Below, in pieces: positions 1 through 9,649 of a stretch of 50,068 nucleotides of DNA. The stretch's first letter is position 1; the number at the start of each line of letters is the position of its first letter. Source of the stretch: Holosporales bacterium. GTDB taxonomy: Bacteria; Pseudomonadota; Alphaproteobacteria; UBA3830; JAIRMZ01. The DNA is taken from positions 1 to 50,068 of the forward strand of contig JAISAP010000046.1 of assembly GCA_031266655.1 (NCBI GenBank), given 5' to 3'. Position numbers and translations under genes: made by a program. The notes beneath the pieces were generated by a model, which was not told the DNA's origin, did no database searches, and worked only from the letters and a program-made list of their open reading frames with translations.

Positions 1-682
1 GAGAAAGACAACCTGCAAAAACTTTAATGCCCGTTACTTGAAGTTTGGACCCGGGTTCAAAAGTCACAAAGTTCAGAGCTTGACACTTACTAAACGCGCA
101 GCGCCAAATGGACTCAACGCTCTTGGGAATCCAAATAGCTTGTAAGGCACACCCCTCAAAAGCTCTTGGCCCGATACACGAAAGCTGCGATCCCTTTTCG
201 AAAAACACAGATTTCAAGCAGTGGCATTCACTGAACGCGCCTTCTTTAATTTTCTCAATGCTGCGGGGAAGACGAATGCATGCTAAAAGAGAGCATGCAA
301 AAGCATCTTCCTCGATTTTCTTAAGCTCCGAACCCGCTTCAAAAGCTATCCAAGTCAAATGTGCACACCACTTGAATGTCTCTCGTCCAATCTGCTCGAT
401 ACCCCTAGAAACACAAACCTTCTGCAGCCTCTCCTCACGGATGTGGTCGTAGGCGCGTACCCATGCTACGACATATACTCTGCGACCCTCTTTTGAGACC
501 CTCGATCTTGGAAAGCATTCCCGTAACGTTGTATTCACGTGACAATGTGCGGTATTTCCCCCAAAGAGTTGATAGACATATCCATCGAGGGAGAGAGAGT
601 TCCACGGATTCAGCATTGGTACGGCACTATTCGCCACACTTAAAACAAGCCCTACCGCCGCTACACAACGAAAGGCAGTCAT
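1..682 (-). CDS. BspA-type leucine-rich-repeat protein, secreted (3' end runs off window; absent from ORF track)
   Basis: Manual minus-strand translation from ATG 682-680 gives MTAFRCVAAVGLVLSVANSAVPMLNPW..., then LRR units ...IGRETFKWCAHLTWIAFEAGSELKKIEEDAFACSLLACIRLPRSIEKIKEGAFSECHCLKSVFFEKGSQLSCIGPRAFEGCALQAIWIPKSVESIWRCAFSKCQALNFVTFEPGSKLQ... The frame stays open to base 1. GGAGGGG lies 7 nt upstream of ATG 682. Alternative in-frame ATGs at 715 and 775. Confidence 0.75.
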   Translation of the reverse strand, partial: MTAFRCVAAVGLVLSVANSAVPMLNPWNSLSLDGYVYQLFGGNTAHCHVNTTLRECFPRSRVSKEGRRVYVVAWVRAYDHIREERLQKVCVSRGIEQIGRETFKWCAHLTWIAFEAGSELKKIEEDAFACSLLACIRLPRSIEKIKEGAFSECHCLKSVFFEKGSQLSCIGPRAFEGCALQAIWIPKSVESIWRCAFSKCQALNFVTFEPGSKLQVTGIKVFAGCLS

Positions 683-778
683 CTCGACCCCTCCATGGTC
701 CCACGCAGACTCCATCCGGTGTCTCGGTACTCCTATCGAGGGCCGTTGGGCAATATTCGAGGATACCTTGCCCATGTT

Positions 779-2905
779 CTACGCTTGCGTTTCTCCCATG
801 CGCTGCCAGTCCTCTTCCGATAAGATAGGAATCCCGAGACGTTCTGCCTGGACACGCTTACTGCCGGGGCTTTTGCCAACCACCAAGTAGCTCGTGGAAC
901 GCGTCACTTCGCTTCCCACACGCGCTCCTAAACGCTCCGCCTGCGTCTTGGCCTCAGCACGACTCATCTGCGTCAATGTCCCAGTAAAAACGATAATCTT
1001 TCCAGACAACGGCGTCCTTTTCTCTTGGAGGGGAGGTTTCCAAGAGGTCACCTGGAGGAGCCCGGCTCCCGCTTCCTCCCCCACTCCCGCAAGTTGATCC
1101 AGAAGGGCAATATTCTCGGGACAGGAGAGGAAGGCGCAGAGACCTGTAACGGTTTTCAGACCCATTCCAGAAAGCGCGGTGAGGTCTTCCTGGAGAGCGA
1201 GGAGATCCCGGCTGGCTGCCCGAAAGGCCGCGTAGGTTCCGTAATGTTCTGCGAGCAAGCGCGCGGTAGTCTCTCCCACTCCTTCGATCCCTAGAGCAAA
1301 TAAAAATCGCTCAAACGGCACGTTTCTGCGGGCTTCGATGCTGGAGAACAGCGCTGGCACGGAGGCTTTTCCCCATCCTTCGCAGTACACCAGGGGATCC
1401 TGTGCATCCCGGAGTTTGAGGGTGAAAAGGTCGACAGGAGAGGTCACACGTCCCGTCGTGATCAAGGAATGAAGCGACCGACGCCCGAGTCCCTCAATGT
1501 CGAGCGCCTTTTTAGAGACAAAGTGCACCAAGCGCTCCAACCTCTGGGCAGGACAGGAAAGCCCGGAGGGACAGCGTCGAAGGCTTTCTCCTTCGAGTCG
1601 GACACTCTGTGCGCCGCAGCTAGGGCAGTGCAAAGGGAAGACGTACGGCACATGGTCAGGGGCCTTCATGGCTACCTCGACGACTTGCGGAATGACGTCT
1701 CCTGCGCGTTGCAGCACGACGGTATCTCCTATGCCCAGATCCTTCCGGGCGATCTCATCTTCGTTGTACAGGGAGGCGCGCGTCACGGTCGCTCCGTCCA
1801 GGGCAGCCGGTTCGAGAATGGCGACCGGCGTTAGAACCCCTGTGCGCCCCACCTGAATGCGGATGTCCTGGAGGCGGGTCGTCACGCGCGTAGCAGGAAA
1901 CTTGTAGGCAAGAGCATAGCGAGGAGCGCGGGAGGAGGTCCCAAGACGCTCCTGCCAATCAAAACGATTGACCTTCAGCACAATGCCATCCATCGCATAG
2001 GCCAAGGAAGCGCGCTGCGCAAAGACCGTTTGGTAGAAATCGGAGATCTCTTGCAAAGAGGAGCAAAGAGCGATGGGTCTTGCGACCAGAAACCCCCAGG
2101 ATCGAAGCTGGTCCAGTAAAGACCATTGGGTCGGAAGAGAGGGCAAGGTGTGAGATAAGGCGTAGGCAAAAAACTGCAGCGAGCGCTCTGCTGTGACGGC
2201 AGGGTCTAGTTGGCGCAGGGAGCCCGCCGCCGCGTTGCGCGCATTCGCAAAGGGAAGCTCTTCGTCCTGCACGCGCTGCGCATTCAGCGCCTCAAAGGCC
2301 TGTTTGGGCATGAAAATCTCCCCGCGCACCTCAAGCATGTCCCACACTTCAAGGCCAGGGACCTTCCTGGGAATCGTCGGAATCGTCAAAGCATTGCGTG
2401 TGATGTCCTCCCCCAGGGCCCCATTGCCTCGGGTGGCGGCGCTCACCAGGGTTCCCTTCTCGTAGCGCAAGGAGACCGATAGCCCGTCGATTTTTGGCTC
2501 TACGGAGAACTCCAACGCAAAAGCATCGGTGGTCGGCGTCAGAAACCTGTGTAAACGCTCGAGAAAGACCAGGATGTCGTCCTCGGAGAACGCGTTATCG
2601 AGCGAGAGCAGGGGAGAAAGATGGATAATCTTTCGAAAAGACTCTTCAGGATCGGCGCCAACGGTTGCAGTCACGCTCTCGTGTCGTTGCAAGCTCGGGA
2701 ACTGCTCTTCTAGCGCTAGCAGACGTTGGTATAGCTGGTCGTACGCCTCGTCGCTGACCTCAGGCGCATCCTCTTGGTAGTACTTTTGGGAGAGATGCCG
2801 CAGACGTTCGGATAACTTCTGGTGTTCCTCCTGGAGCTCGACGGACGGCTCTTCCTCCTCAAAGAGCGGGAGGATGGCGGAGGCGCCCTCTTTTCTGCCT
2901 TTCAT
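779..2905 (-). CDS. ligA: NAD-dependent DNA ligase LigA
   Basis: 708-aa ORF. Adenylation motif EPKIDGLS, Zn finger CPSCG...CPSGLSCPAQ, C-terminal BRCT-like GKIIVFTGTL. The ATG directly abuts the recN stop. Confidence 0.97.
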   Translation of the reverse strand: MKGRKEGASAILPLFEEEEPSVELQEEHQKLSERLRHLSQKYYQEDAPEVSDEAYDQLYQRLLALEEQFPSLQRHESVTATVGADPEESFRKIIHLSPLLSLDNAFSEDDILVFLERLHRFLTPTTDAFALEFSVEPKIDGLSVSLRYEKGTLVSAATRGNGALGEDITRNALTIPTIPRKVPGLEVWDMLEVRGEIFMPKQAFEALNAQRVQDEELPFANARNAAAGSLRQLDPAVTAERSLQFFAYALSHTLPSLPTQWSLLDQLRSWGFLVARPIALCSSLQEISDFYQTVFAQRASLAYAMDGIVLKVNRFDWQERLGTSSRAPRYALAYKFPATRVTTRLQDIRIQVGRTGVLTPVAILEPAALDGATVTRASLYNEDEIARKDLGIGDTVVLQRAGDVIPQVVEVAMKAPDHVPYVFPLHCPSCGAQSVRLEGESLRRCPSGLSCPAQRLERLVHFVSKKALDIEGLGRRSLHSLITTGRVTSPVDLFTLKLRDAQDPLVYCEGWGKASVPALFSSIEARRNVPFERFLFALGIEGVGETTARLLAEHYGTYAAFRAASRDLLALQEDLTALSGMGLKTVTGLCAFLSCPENIALLDQLAGVGEEAGAGLLQVTSWKPPLQEKRTPLSGKIIVFTGTLTQMSRAEAKTQAERLGARVGSEVTRSTSYLVVGKSPGSKRVQAERLGIPILSEEDWQRMGETQA

Positions 2906-4540
2906 CTATCCTTTCTCCACCAGGGTTCTTGCCACTTGCCGCGCGGCCTCCGTGATTTTCTCAGCAGAGAGCATCTGCGCCAGGGTCTCGATCTTTTTGT
3001 CCGAATTGAGCTGCTCAATCAAGGTGCGGGTTTCTTGCCCACGCGTCTCCTTGCGCACACCGATGTGGTGATGCGCCACCGCCGCCACTTGGTGGGAATG
3101 CGTGACGGTTAAGACTTGCAGATGCTTCTCCGCCAAAGAGCGCAGTTTGGATCCAATAGAGGAGGCCACCGCTCCACTCGTTCCTGTATCGATTTCATCA
3201 AAGATCAGGGTTGTAATATCGAGGGATCGCGCGAGGGCGGTGTATAGCGCGAGGGAGAAGCGTGCCAGCTCTCCTCCGGATCCTCCTCGTTCCAAAGGTC
3301 GCAAGGCACCTTGCGGGTTTGTTCTCACCAAGAACGTGATAGCGTCTTGCCCCTTTGGTCCCGGAGTTTCGCAGGGAGCAATCTCAACCCGGAATTCCGC
3401 TCCGATAAACCGCAAATCCTGCAGATGCCCGTTGACCTCGGAAGTAAGAAATCCTGCCGCTTGACGGCGTCGAACGGAGGCCTTTCCCGCAGCCGCCTCA
3501 TAAGCGGCATGCTCTCTCGAACACTGCTCTTCCAACGCCGTCGTAGAAATGGGAGCTAGGTGTTCCGCACGCGCTTTGAGCTCTGCCCACAAATCTCCCA
3601 GCATCTCGGGTACAGTGTTTTGCTGACGCGCGAAGTCGCGGAGGGTAAACAGGCGCTCCTCAATGGCCTCCGGCGATTGCTCCGCCGAAGACAAGGCCTG
3701 TGCGCGCGCCTCCAAGGGCCCCAGGATGGCTTCAACCGAGGTCCAGGCCTGTTCTAGCAAGGGCAGAAGATCGGAAAAGGAGTGCATCTCCTCTCTCATC
3801 AGGATTTTTTGCACTTGTCGAAAAGTGGCCCCTGTCTGCTCTCCTAACAGGGAACGCAGCTGCTCCAGCGCTTCCTGTGTAGCGCGTTGGTGTTTGAGAG
3901 AAGACTTTGCCTGCAGAAGACGACTTTCTTCCCCCTCTTCCGGATGAATGCGCTCAAAATCCGATAAAACGCGCGCTAGAAGGGTTCTTTCTTCTTCTTG
4001 TTGGACGGCCTTCTCCTCCAGTTTCGACAGTTGGCGTTGTGTTTCTTTCCACTGAGAGAACAACCGCGCCATTTCTGCAGCATCGATGCCTGCAAACCGA
4101 TCTAGAAGAACCTCATGGTCTGCTGCCTCCCAGAGTTGACTGAATTGGCCATGAAACTCGAGTAGGAAAGGCGCTAGCTTTCGGAGGAATCCCTGACTGA
4201 TGACCCGGTCGTTCAGGAAAGCACGCGATTTTCCTTCTCGTGTGAGCGTACGGCGGAAGAGAAGCTCTGTGTCGCCAATGCCCGCTTGCTCGATCCAGGA
4301 AGCGATGGGAGCGGATCGCTCTCCTCCAGGAGAGGAAAACTCAAGGGTCACCGAGGCTTCTTCAGCAAAGGGGCCGACGGGAGGATCCTCCAGCTTACCC
4401 CCTAAGGCAAACGCAATGGCGGAAAGGAGAAGGGACTTGCCCGATCCCGTCTCTCCCGTGACAACGGTAAATCCTGAGGAAAACGAGAGATCCGCGCGCT
4501 CTATCAAGACGAAATTCCGAATACTGAGCTGCAGCAGCAT
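2906..4540 (-). CDS. recN: DNA repair protein RecN
   Basis: 544-aa ORF. Walker A GETGSGKSLLL, coiled-coil middle, signature GGSGGELARFSLAL, Walker B LIFDEIDTG. Confidence 0.96.
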   Translation of the reverse strand: MLLQLSIRNFVLIERADLSFSSGFTVVTGETGSGKSLLLSAIAFALGGKLEDPPVGPFAEEASVTLEFSSPGGERSAPIASWIEQAGIGDTELLFRRTLTREGKSRAFLNDRVISQGFLRKLAPFLLEFHGQFSQLWEAADHEVLLDRFAGIDAAEMARLFSQWKETQRQLSKLEEKAVQQEEERTLLARVLSDFERIHPEEGEESRLLQAKSSLKHQRATQEALEQLRSLLGEQTGATFRQVQKILMREEMHSFSDLLPLLEQAWTSVEAILGPLEARAQALSSAEQSPEAIEERLFTLRDFARQQNTVPEMLGDLWAELKARAEHLAPISTTALEEQCSREHAAYEAAAGKASVRRRQAAGFLTSEVNGHLQDLRFIGAEFRVEIAPCETPGPKGQDAITFLVRTNPQGALRPLERGGSGGELARFSLALYTALARSLDITTLIFDEIDTGTSGAVASSIGSKLRSLAEKHLQVLTVTHSHQVAAVAHHHIGVRKETRGQETRTLIEQLNSDKKIETLAQMLSAEKITEAARQVARTLVEKG

Positions 4541-4706
4541 GGGTAAAAACCCCTCTTGGAATGATTCCTCTGCGCCCCCTTTGCCCCTGGGGACACCCTA
4601 TCTTTAATGGACTCTGCGCTTGCACGCCAGTCTCTCGCAGTGGGATGCTCTTGCTAAAGGGCTCCCTTCCGTATATCAAGCGGGTAGTCAATACGGAGCG
4701 CAGGCA

Positions 4707-6020
4707 ATGACGAAACAAAAGATTTTGGGTGCGATTGCTGCGTTTGTTGTGGGAGCGCTAGGGGCACTTTCCGAGACGAAGGCGATGCCTCCGTTCTGGG
4801 AGATATCCCCTGATGGGTTTGGCTTTTGCAAGAGGGTGGAAGCTCATGGGGGAATGCTTGTAGAGGCTCCGACCACTCTTAGCCGTGGAGAGAGAGTGGA
4901 TGGCCCTACCTTTGGTCCTCCATTACGGCGCTTCCACGTTCCTGCACAAGTGGGGATCATGGCTGGAAGATGTTTTGCAGGCTGCGGGCTTCTTTCTTAC
5001 GTTGCCTTCGGGGCCAATTCTCAGCTCACAGAGATAGGAGAGTACGCTTTTGAGAACTGCTCCAGCCTGCAATCTATCCGTATCCCGGCGGGCGTAGTAG
5101 TGATTGGAGCGCAATGTTTCGTGGCCTGTAGGGCCCTTGTCCACATTCACTTTGAACCTGGTTCTCAGCTCACGGAGATAGGAGCAAATGCTTTTAACCA
5201 CTGCTCTAGTCTGTTCTCCATTTGTATCCCTGCAGGTGTACGGACGCTAAAAGTTCAGTGTTTCTGCATGTGCCGTGCCTTAGCCCATGTTTCCTTTGAG
5301 AGGAATTCTCAACTCGAGGAGGTGCGAGCTGGGGCGTTTGCCTGCACAGGTCCGATCTGCGTTCGTTTGCCACATAGAGTAACCTTTGGACCGTATCCAT
5401 TTAGGGGCTGGGGCTCCGGACTTGTGGGCTCTTCCCCCAAAGTGTTCTTTGGGGATAAGAAAGCGGGCGATTGTGATGGTATTCGTGGAGGCACTGATCT
5501 AGGAATTGCTACAATCCCTAAGGACTGTGAAACGCTCCCACCTTACTGCTTTCAAGACTGCCATTTTCTTACCTTTGTCAACTTTGAAAGGGAGTCTTGC
5601 CTCACGGTGATAGGACAAAGCGCCTTTCAGCGCTGCATATTCTTGCACTCCATCTGTATCCCAGCGAGCGTACAGAAGGTGGAGGAGCGTTGTTTCTCAC
5701 TGTGCAACGGTCTCTTTTCCGTCTCCTTTGAGCTGGGTTCTCAGCTCCGAATCATTGGGTCCCGCGCTTTTTCGGGGTGCAACAGATTGCAGTCCATTTG
5801 TATCCCTAAGGGCGTTGAAGAACTGAGAGGGGAATGTTTCGCGGGGTGTATCAATCTCTTGTCCGTTTCCTTCGAACAGGGTTCTCGGCTGCGGTGCATT
5901 CTACCAGGAACTTTTGCCGAGTGCTCTCAGGCACTACGGGTCATCCTGTCTCCGGGTGGGAAGACCCTCTGTTCCTGGCAGCTTGAGCAAGGTTGGGGTA
6001 AGCCGTCTAATCCAAGCTAG
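4707..6020 (+). CDS. BspA-type LRR protein, secreted (paralogue 2)
   Basis: ORF 4620..6020. Start re-set to ATG 4707 (MTKQKILGAIAAFVVGALGALSETKA|M) by alignment with paralogues. Repeated units of the form IPAGV..IG..CF..C..L..V.FE.GSQL.EIG..AF..CSSL. C-terminus QLEQGWGKPSNPS. Confidence 0.85.
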   Translation: MTKQKILGAIAAFVVGALGALSETKAMPPFWEISPDGFGFCKRVEAHGGMLVEAPTTLSRGERVDGPTFGPPLRRFHVPAQVGIMAGRCFAGCGLLSYVAFGANSQLTEIGEYAFENCSSLQSIRIPAGVVVIGAQCFVACRALVHIHFEPGSQLTEIGANAFNHCSSLFSICIPAGVRTLKVQCFCMCRALAHVSFERNSQLEEVRAGAFACTGPICVRLPHRVTFGPYPFRGWGSGLVGSSPKVFFGDKKAGDCDGIRGGTDLGIATIPKDCETLPPYCFQDCHFLTFVNFERESCLTVIGQSAFQRCIFLHSICIPASVQKVEERCFSLCNGLFSVSFELGSQLRIIGSRAFSGCNRLQSICIPKGVEELRGECFAGCINLLSVSFEQGSRLRCILPGTFAECSQALRVILSPGGKTLCSWQLEQGWGKPSNPS

Positions 6021-6022
6021 CG

Positions 6023-6036
6023 CCCCCCCCCCCCCC
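6023..6036. repeat. poly(C)14 homopolymer tract
   Basis: 14 consecutive C, 2 nt after the stop at 6020 and about 90 nt upstream of the next paralogue's -35 box. Confidence 0.9.
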
Positions 6037-6125
6037 TGCTCAATTGAAGGGGCGCATCCCTTTGACGATAGGTGTTCTGCTCAGGAAGACCCACCTCCTC
6101 TTCTCGGCGTTTTTACTTTACTACA

Positions 6126-6154
6126 TTGGTTATTTTGAAAATCTGTTCTACGCG
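6126..6154 (+). promoter_or_regulatory. putative promoter of the 6186 paralogue (TTGGTT-17 nt-TACGCG)
   Basis: Positional homologue of the TTGACT-17-TACnnn cassette. The -35 lies exactly 60 nt before the ATG, with AAGGA 9 nt before the ATG. Confidence 0.4.
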
Positions 6155-6185
6155 CTATACGTAAACAGTAATAAGGATAACAAGA

Positions 6186-7353
6186 ATGGGAAAACAAAAG
6201 ATTTTGGGTGCGATTGCTGCGTTTGTTGTGGGAGCGCTAGGGGCACTTTCCGAGACGAAGGCGATGGAGCCGTGGCCGTTACAAGAGCTCGTTGATGGGC
6301 GTCTTTTCTTCAGGGGAGTCATTGCTTGTGGTGGGCGGTGTGTATTCATGGAACAAGATAATGTCACTTCTCGGATGGCAGGAGGAAGAGTTCTGTCATC
6401 CATCTATGATAGTCTTCATTTGCATCGAGTTTGTATTCCCAATGGCATGAAGGGGCTTGTCAGGGGCCATTTTTATGGTTGCCGTCCTCTTTCCTCTATC
6501 ACCTTTGAAAGGGGTTCCCTCCTAACGACGATAGCAAAAGGCGCTTTTGAGGGCTGCCCCAGCCTGCAATCTGTTTGTATTCCTGCAAGCGTGTTGGCGC
6601 TGGAGAATTGCTGCTTCAGAGCGTGCCGTTCTCTAGCTTCCGTTACCTTCGAAAGCGGTTCTAAGCTTAAGAAGATAGGAGGGTGCGTTTTTGAGAACTG
6701 CTCCAGCCTGCGATTCATTTGCATTCCCGCTGGTGTGGGGACGCTGGGGGATCACTGCTTTGACCTATGCTGTTTCCTAGTCGTCGTTACCTTTGAGGAG
6801 AATTCTCAACTCGAGAAGGTGCAACCCGAGGCGTTTGCCTACACAGAGTCGATCTGTGTTTATTTTCCTCGTAGAGTAACCTTGGTGCTGTGTCCATTTA
6901 AGTGCTCTTTCCCCGAGGTGTTCTTTGGGAACAAGAGAGCGGATGATTGTGATGGTATTCGTGGAGGCACTAATCTACGAATTGCTACAATCTCTGAGGA
7001 CTGTGAAATGCTCCCGCCTTTCTGCTTTGCAGGCTGCCATTCTCTTGTCTCCGTTAACTTTGAGCCCGTTTCGCGCCTCCGAATCATTGGGCCTAACGCT
7101 TTTACGGAGTGCGTTCGTTTGCGATCCATCATTATCCCCGAGAGCGTGCAAACGGTGGGGAAGAGTTGTCTTTCCGGAGCGCTGTGTTCTTCCCCTCGTT
7201 TCCTTTGAAGAGGGTTCTCAGCTCCGATGCATTCCACCAGAAACTTTTGTCGGGTGCTCTCAGAAACTACAGGTCATCCCACCTCTAGGAGGAAGAAGTC
7301 TCTCCCTTCGGCAGCTTGAGCAAGGTTGGGGTAAGCCGTCTAATCCAAGCTAG
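6186..7353 (+). pseudogene. BspA-type LRR protein, frameshifted (paralogue 3)
   Basis: ORF 6186..7208 ends ...VGKSCLSGALCSSPRFL*. The +1 frame (tail of ORF 6925..7353) continues CVLPLVSFEEGSQLRCIPPETFVGCSQKLQV...QLEQGWGKPSNPS, colinear with the C-terminus of the 4707 gene. The shift lies near 7170-7180. Confidence 0.75.
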
Positions 7354-7367
7354 ACGTTTAAGCTCTT

Positions 7368-7376
7368 CCCCCCCCC
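7368..7376. repeat. poly(C)9 homopolymer tract
   Basis: 9 consecutive C, 14 nt after the stop at 7353 and about 50 nt upstream of the next -35 box. Same relative position as the C14 tract. Confidence 0.9.
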
Positions 7377-7425
7377 TAATTTAGAAGACATCGCGCTCTC
7401 CTCCCCGACATTTTACTTTACCCTA

Positions 7426-7454
7426 TTGACTATTTTGAAAGCCTGCCCTACACA
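7426..7454 (+). promoter_or_regulatory. putative promoter (TTGACT-17 nt-TACACA)
   Basis: Conserved cassette. The -35 lies exactly 60 nt before ATG 7486. Confidence 0.45.
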
Positions 7455-7485
7455 CTGCATATGGACAATAATGAGGATAACAAGA

Positions 7486-9549
7486 ATGAAAGCACAGAAG
7501 ATTTTGGGTGCGATTATCACACTTGCTTGGGGAGTACTGGCTGTACTGCCTGAGATGGAGGCGATGGAACCACGTTCAAGCGAAACGATGCAGTGGCCGC
7601 AGGAAGAACCCTTTGGTGGGTGTCTTTTCCCCAGGGGGGTCATTGCTTGTGGGGGGCGGTGTATACCCAGAGAGCAGGGGAATATTCCCATTCAGGCAGC
7701 ACCGCGGGTAACCATAACTCTGACATCCGCGTATTATGCACCTAATGTGCGACGTGTCTGTGTTCCCGCAGGTATGAAGGTGCTTACCGAAGAGTGTTGC
7801 TCAGACTACCGTTCTCTCGTTTTCGTTGCCTTTGAATGGGGGGCTAGGCTTGAGAGGATAGAAGGGTACGCTTTTGCGCGCTGTCCCAGTTTGCAATCCA
7901 TCTGTATCCCAGAGAGCGTAGAGGTCCTTGGTAAGCAATGTTTCTCCGATTGTTCGTCTCTTTCCTTTGCCACCTCTGAGAGGGATTCTTGTCTCATGGT
8001 GATAGGAGAGAACGCTTTTGAGAACTGCCGCAACCTGCAATTTATTTACATTCCTGCGTACACAGAGGCCCTTGGGGAAAAATGTTTCTCCGCTTGCGCG
8101 TCTCTTTTCTGGGCTGCCTTTGAGGATGACTCTCAACTTGCAAGTATTGGGGAAGAGGCTTTCTTTGGCTCTGCCTTACGATCCATTGCTCTTCCCGCGA
8201 GCGTAGAGAGGGTTGGGGTGAAGTGTTTTTCGAATTGCACATCTCTTTTCTCTGTCACCTGCGAAGATGGCTCTTGCCTGACGGCGATAGAAGAAAGTGC
8301 TTTTGAGAACTGCTCCAATCTGAAGCCTGTCACTCTTCCTGCGAGCGTAGAGAGAATCGGGAAAAGATGCTTCTTTGGTTGCCGACAGCTTACCCGTGTT
8401 ACCCTTGGAGACGGCTCTCGCCTCAAGAGCATTGGGGAAGAAGCTTTCTTTGATGCTGGTTTGACGTGTTTTAGCGATATTCCCGTGAGCGTGGAGGAAA
8501 TTGGGGCGAGGTGTTTTGCTAGATGCCCTCTTTCTTCCATTGCCTTTCGGCCCCATTCTCGGATCACAAGCCTAGAAAATCACGTTTTATGGGGCACTCA
8601 CTTGCAATCCATTTGTATTCCAGCAAGCGTGGTAACATTGGGCTCTTCGTGTTTTTTCTGCTGTGCGTCTCTTGCCTGCATTACTTTTGAACCTGGCTCT
8701 CATCTCATGAAAGTAGGCCAGAGTGCTTTCATGGGTACCGACGTGCGATCTCTTCGCATTCCCGCGAGTGTACAGACATTAGAGGACTTCTGTTTTGATA
8801 GCTGCAAATCTCTTTCCGTGGTCACCTTTGAGGCCGACTCTCTCCTTCAAGCGATACCGAAATTCTGCTTCCAACGTTCCTGTATGCAGAGCATGATCAT
8901 TCCCGCAAGCGTGGAGCGGTTTGAGCTGATGTGTTTCCACCTCTGTCAATCCCTTTCCTCAGTTACCTTTGAAGGGGGTTCTCGACTCGTGAAGATAGGG
9001 GAAGAAGTTTTCAAAAATGCCAGCATACCAACCCTTACCATTCCTGCGAGCGTGGAGCGGCTCGGAAGCGCTTGTTTTGAAGGTTGCCAATCCCTTTTCT
9101 CTGTTACCTTCGAAAACGGATCTCAACTCGAGAGCATTGTAGGTAGGGTTTTCTTCGGTTCTGGTATACGGAGCATTCTCGTGCCTGCGAGTGTAAAGTG
9201 GGTTGGGGAATCTTGCTTCGAAGGTTGCCAATCCCTTGATTCAGTCACCTTTGAGAATGGGATACAACTCAAGAGCCTTGGGAAAAGGGCCTTCTTTGAT
9301 TCTAGCATACCGACCTTTACCGTTCCTGCGAGTGTAGAGTGGATCGGGGTAGAATGCTTTTCTGGGTGCCGACGTCTTTCTTCGGTTGTCATTGAGGCTC
9401 ATTCTCAACTCCAAACAATCGAAACAGGAGCCTTCTCTGAGTGTCTTTCGATACAGAAGATTGTTCTCCCGAATGGGGAGGAATGCTCCGTTTCGCAGCT
9501 TGAGCAAGGTTGGGGTAGCTGCCTATCCGAGCTGGACGTTGAGTTTTAG
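7486..9549 (+). CDS. BspA-type LRR protein, secreted (paralogue 4, about 687 aa)
   Basis: ORF 7426..9549. Start re-set to ATG 7486 (MKAQKILGAIITLAWGVLAVLPEMEA|M). About 25 consecutive LRR units (IPASVE.(I/L)G..CF..C.SL.SVTFE.GS.L..I...AF). C-terminus VSQLEQGWGS... Confidence 0.88.
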   Translation: MKAQKILGAIITLAWGVLAVLPEMEAMEPRSSETMQWPQEEPFGGCLFPRGVIACGGRCIPREQGNIPIQAAPRVTITLTSAYYAPNVRRVCVPAGMKVLTEECCSDYRSLVFVAFEWGARLERIEGYAFARCPSLQSICIPESVEVLGKQCFSDCSSLSFATSERDSCLMVIGENAFENCRNLQFIYIPAYTEALGEKCFSACASLFWAAFEDDSQLASIGEEAFFGSALRSIALPASVERVGVKCFSNCTSLFSVTCEDGSCLTAIEESAFENCSNLKPVTLPASVERIGKRCFFGCRQLTRVTLGDGSRLKSIGEEAFFDAGLTCFSDIPVSVEEIGARCFARCPLSSIAFRPHSRITSLENHVLWGTHLQSICIPASVVTLGSSCFFCCASLACITFEPGSHLMKVGQSAFMGTDVRSLRIPASVQTLEDFCFDSCKSLSVVTFEADSLLQAIPKFCFQRSCMQSMIIPASVERFELMCFHLCQSLSSVTFEGGSRLVKIGEEVFKNASIPTLTIPASVERLGSACFEGCQSLFSVTFENGSQLESIVGRVFFGSGIRSILVPASVKWVGESCFEGCQSLDSVTFENGIQLKSLGKRAFFDSSIPTFTVPASVEWIGVECFSGCRRLSSVVIEAHSQLQTIETGAFSECLSIQKIVLPNGEECSVSQLEQGWGSCLSELDVEF

Positions 9550-9588
9550 AACAGCCCTCTCTCTTTCTGGCGTTTCTATTGCACCATG

Positions 9589-9617
9589 TTGACTATTCTG
9601 GGCACCTATTCTACGGA
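9589..9617 (+). promoter_or_regulatory. putative promoter (TTGACT-17 nt-TACGGA)
   Basis: Conserved cassette, 61 nt before ATG 9650. Confidence 0.45.
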
Positions 9618-9649
9618 TCATCCGTAAATAGTAACAGGGATGGCCGACG

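Noticed and set aside
108-828. Plus-strand ORFs 108..452 and 463..828 at the left edge
   Set aside because: They are the antisense shadow of the minus-strand LRR gene (1..682). Their sequences (…LLGIQIACKAHPSKALGP…) have the same character as the antisense ORFs opposite every other LRR gene. The minus strand gives clean LRR units, a signal peptide and a Shine-Dalgarno.
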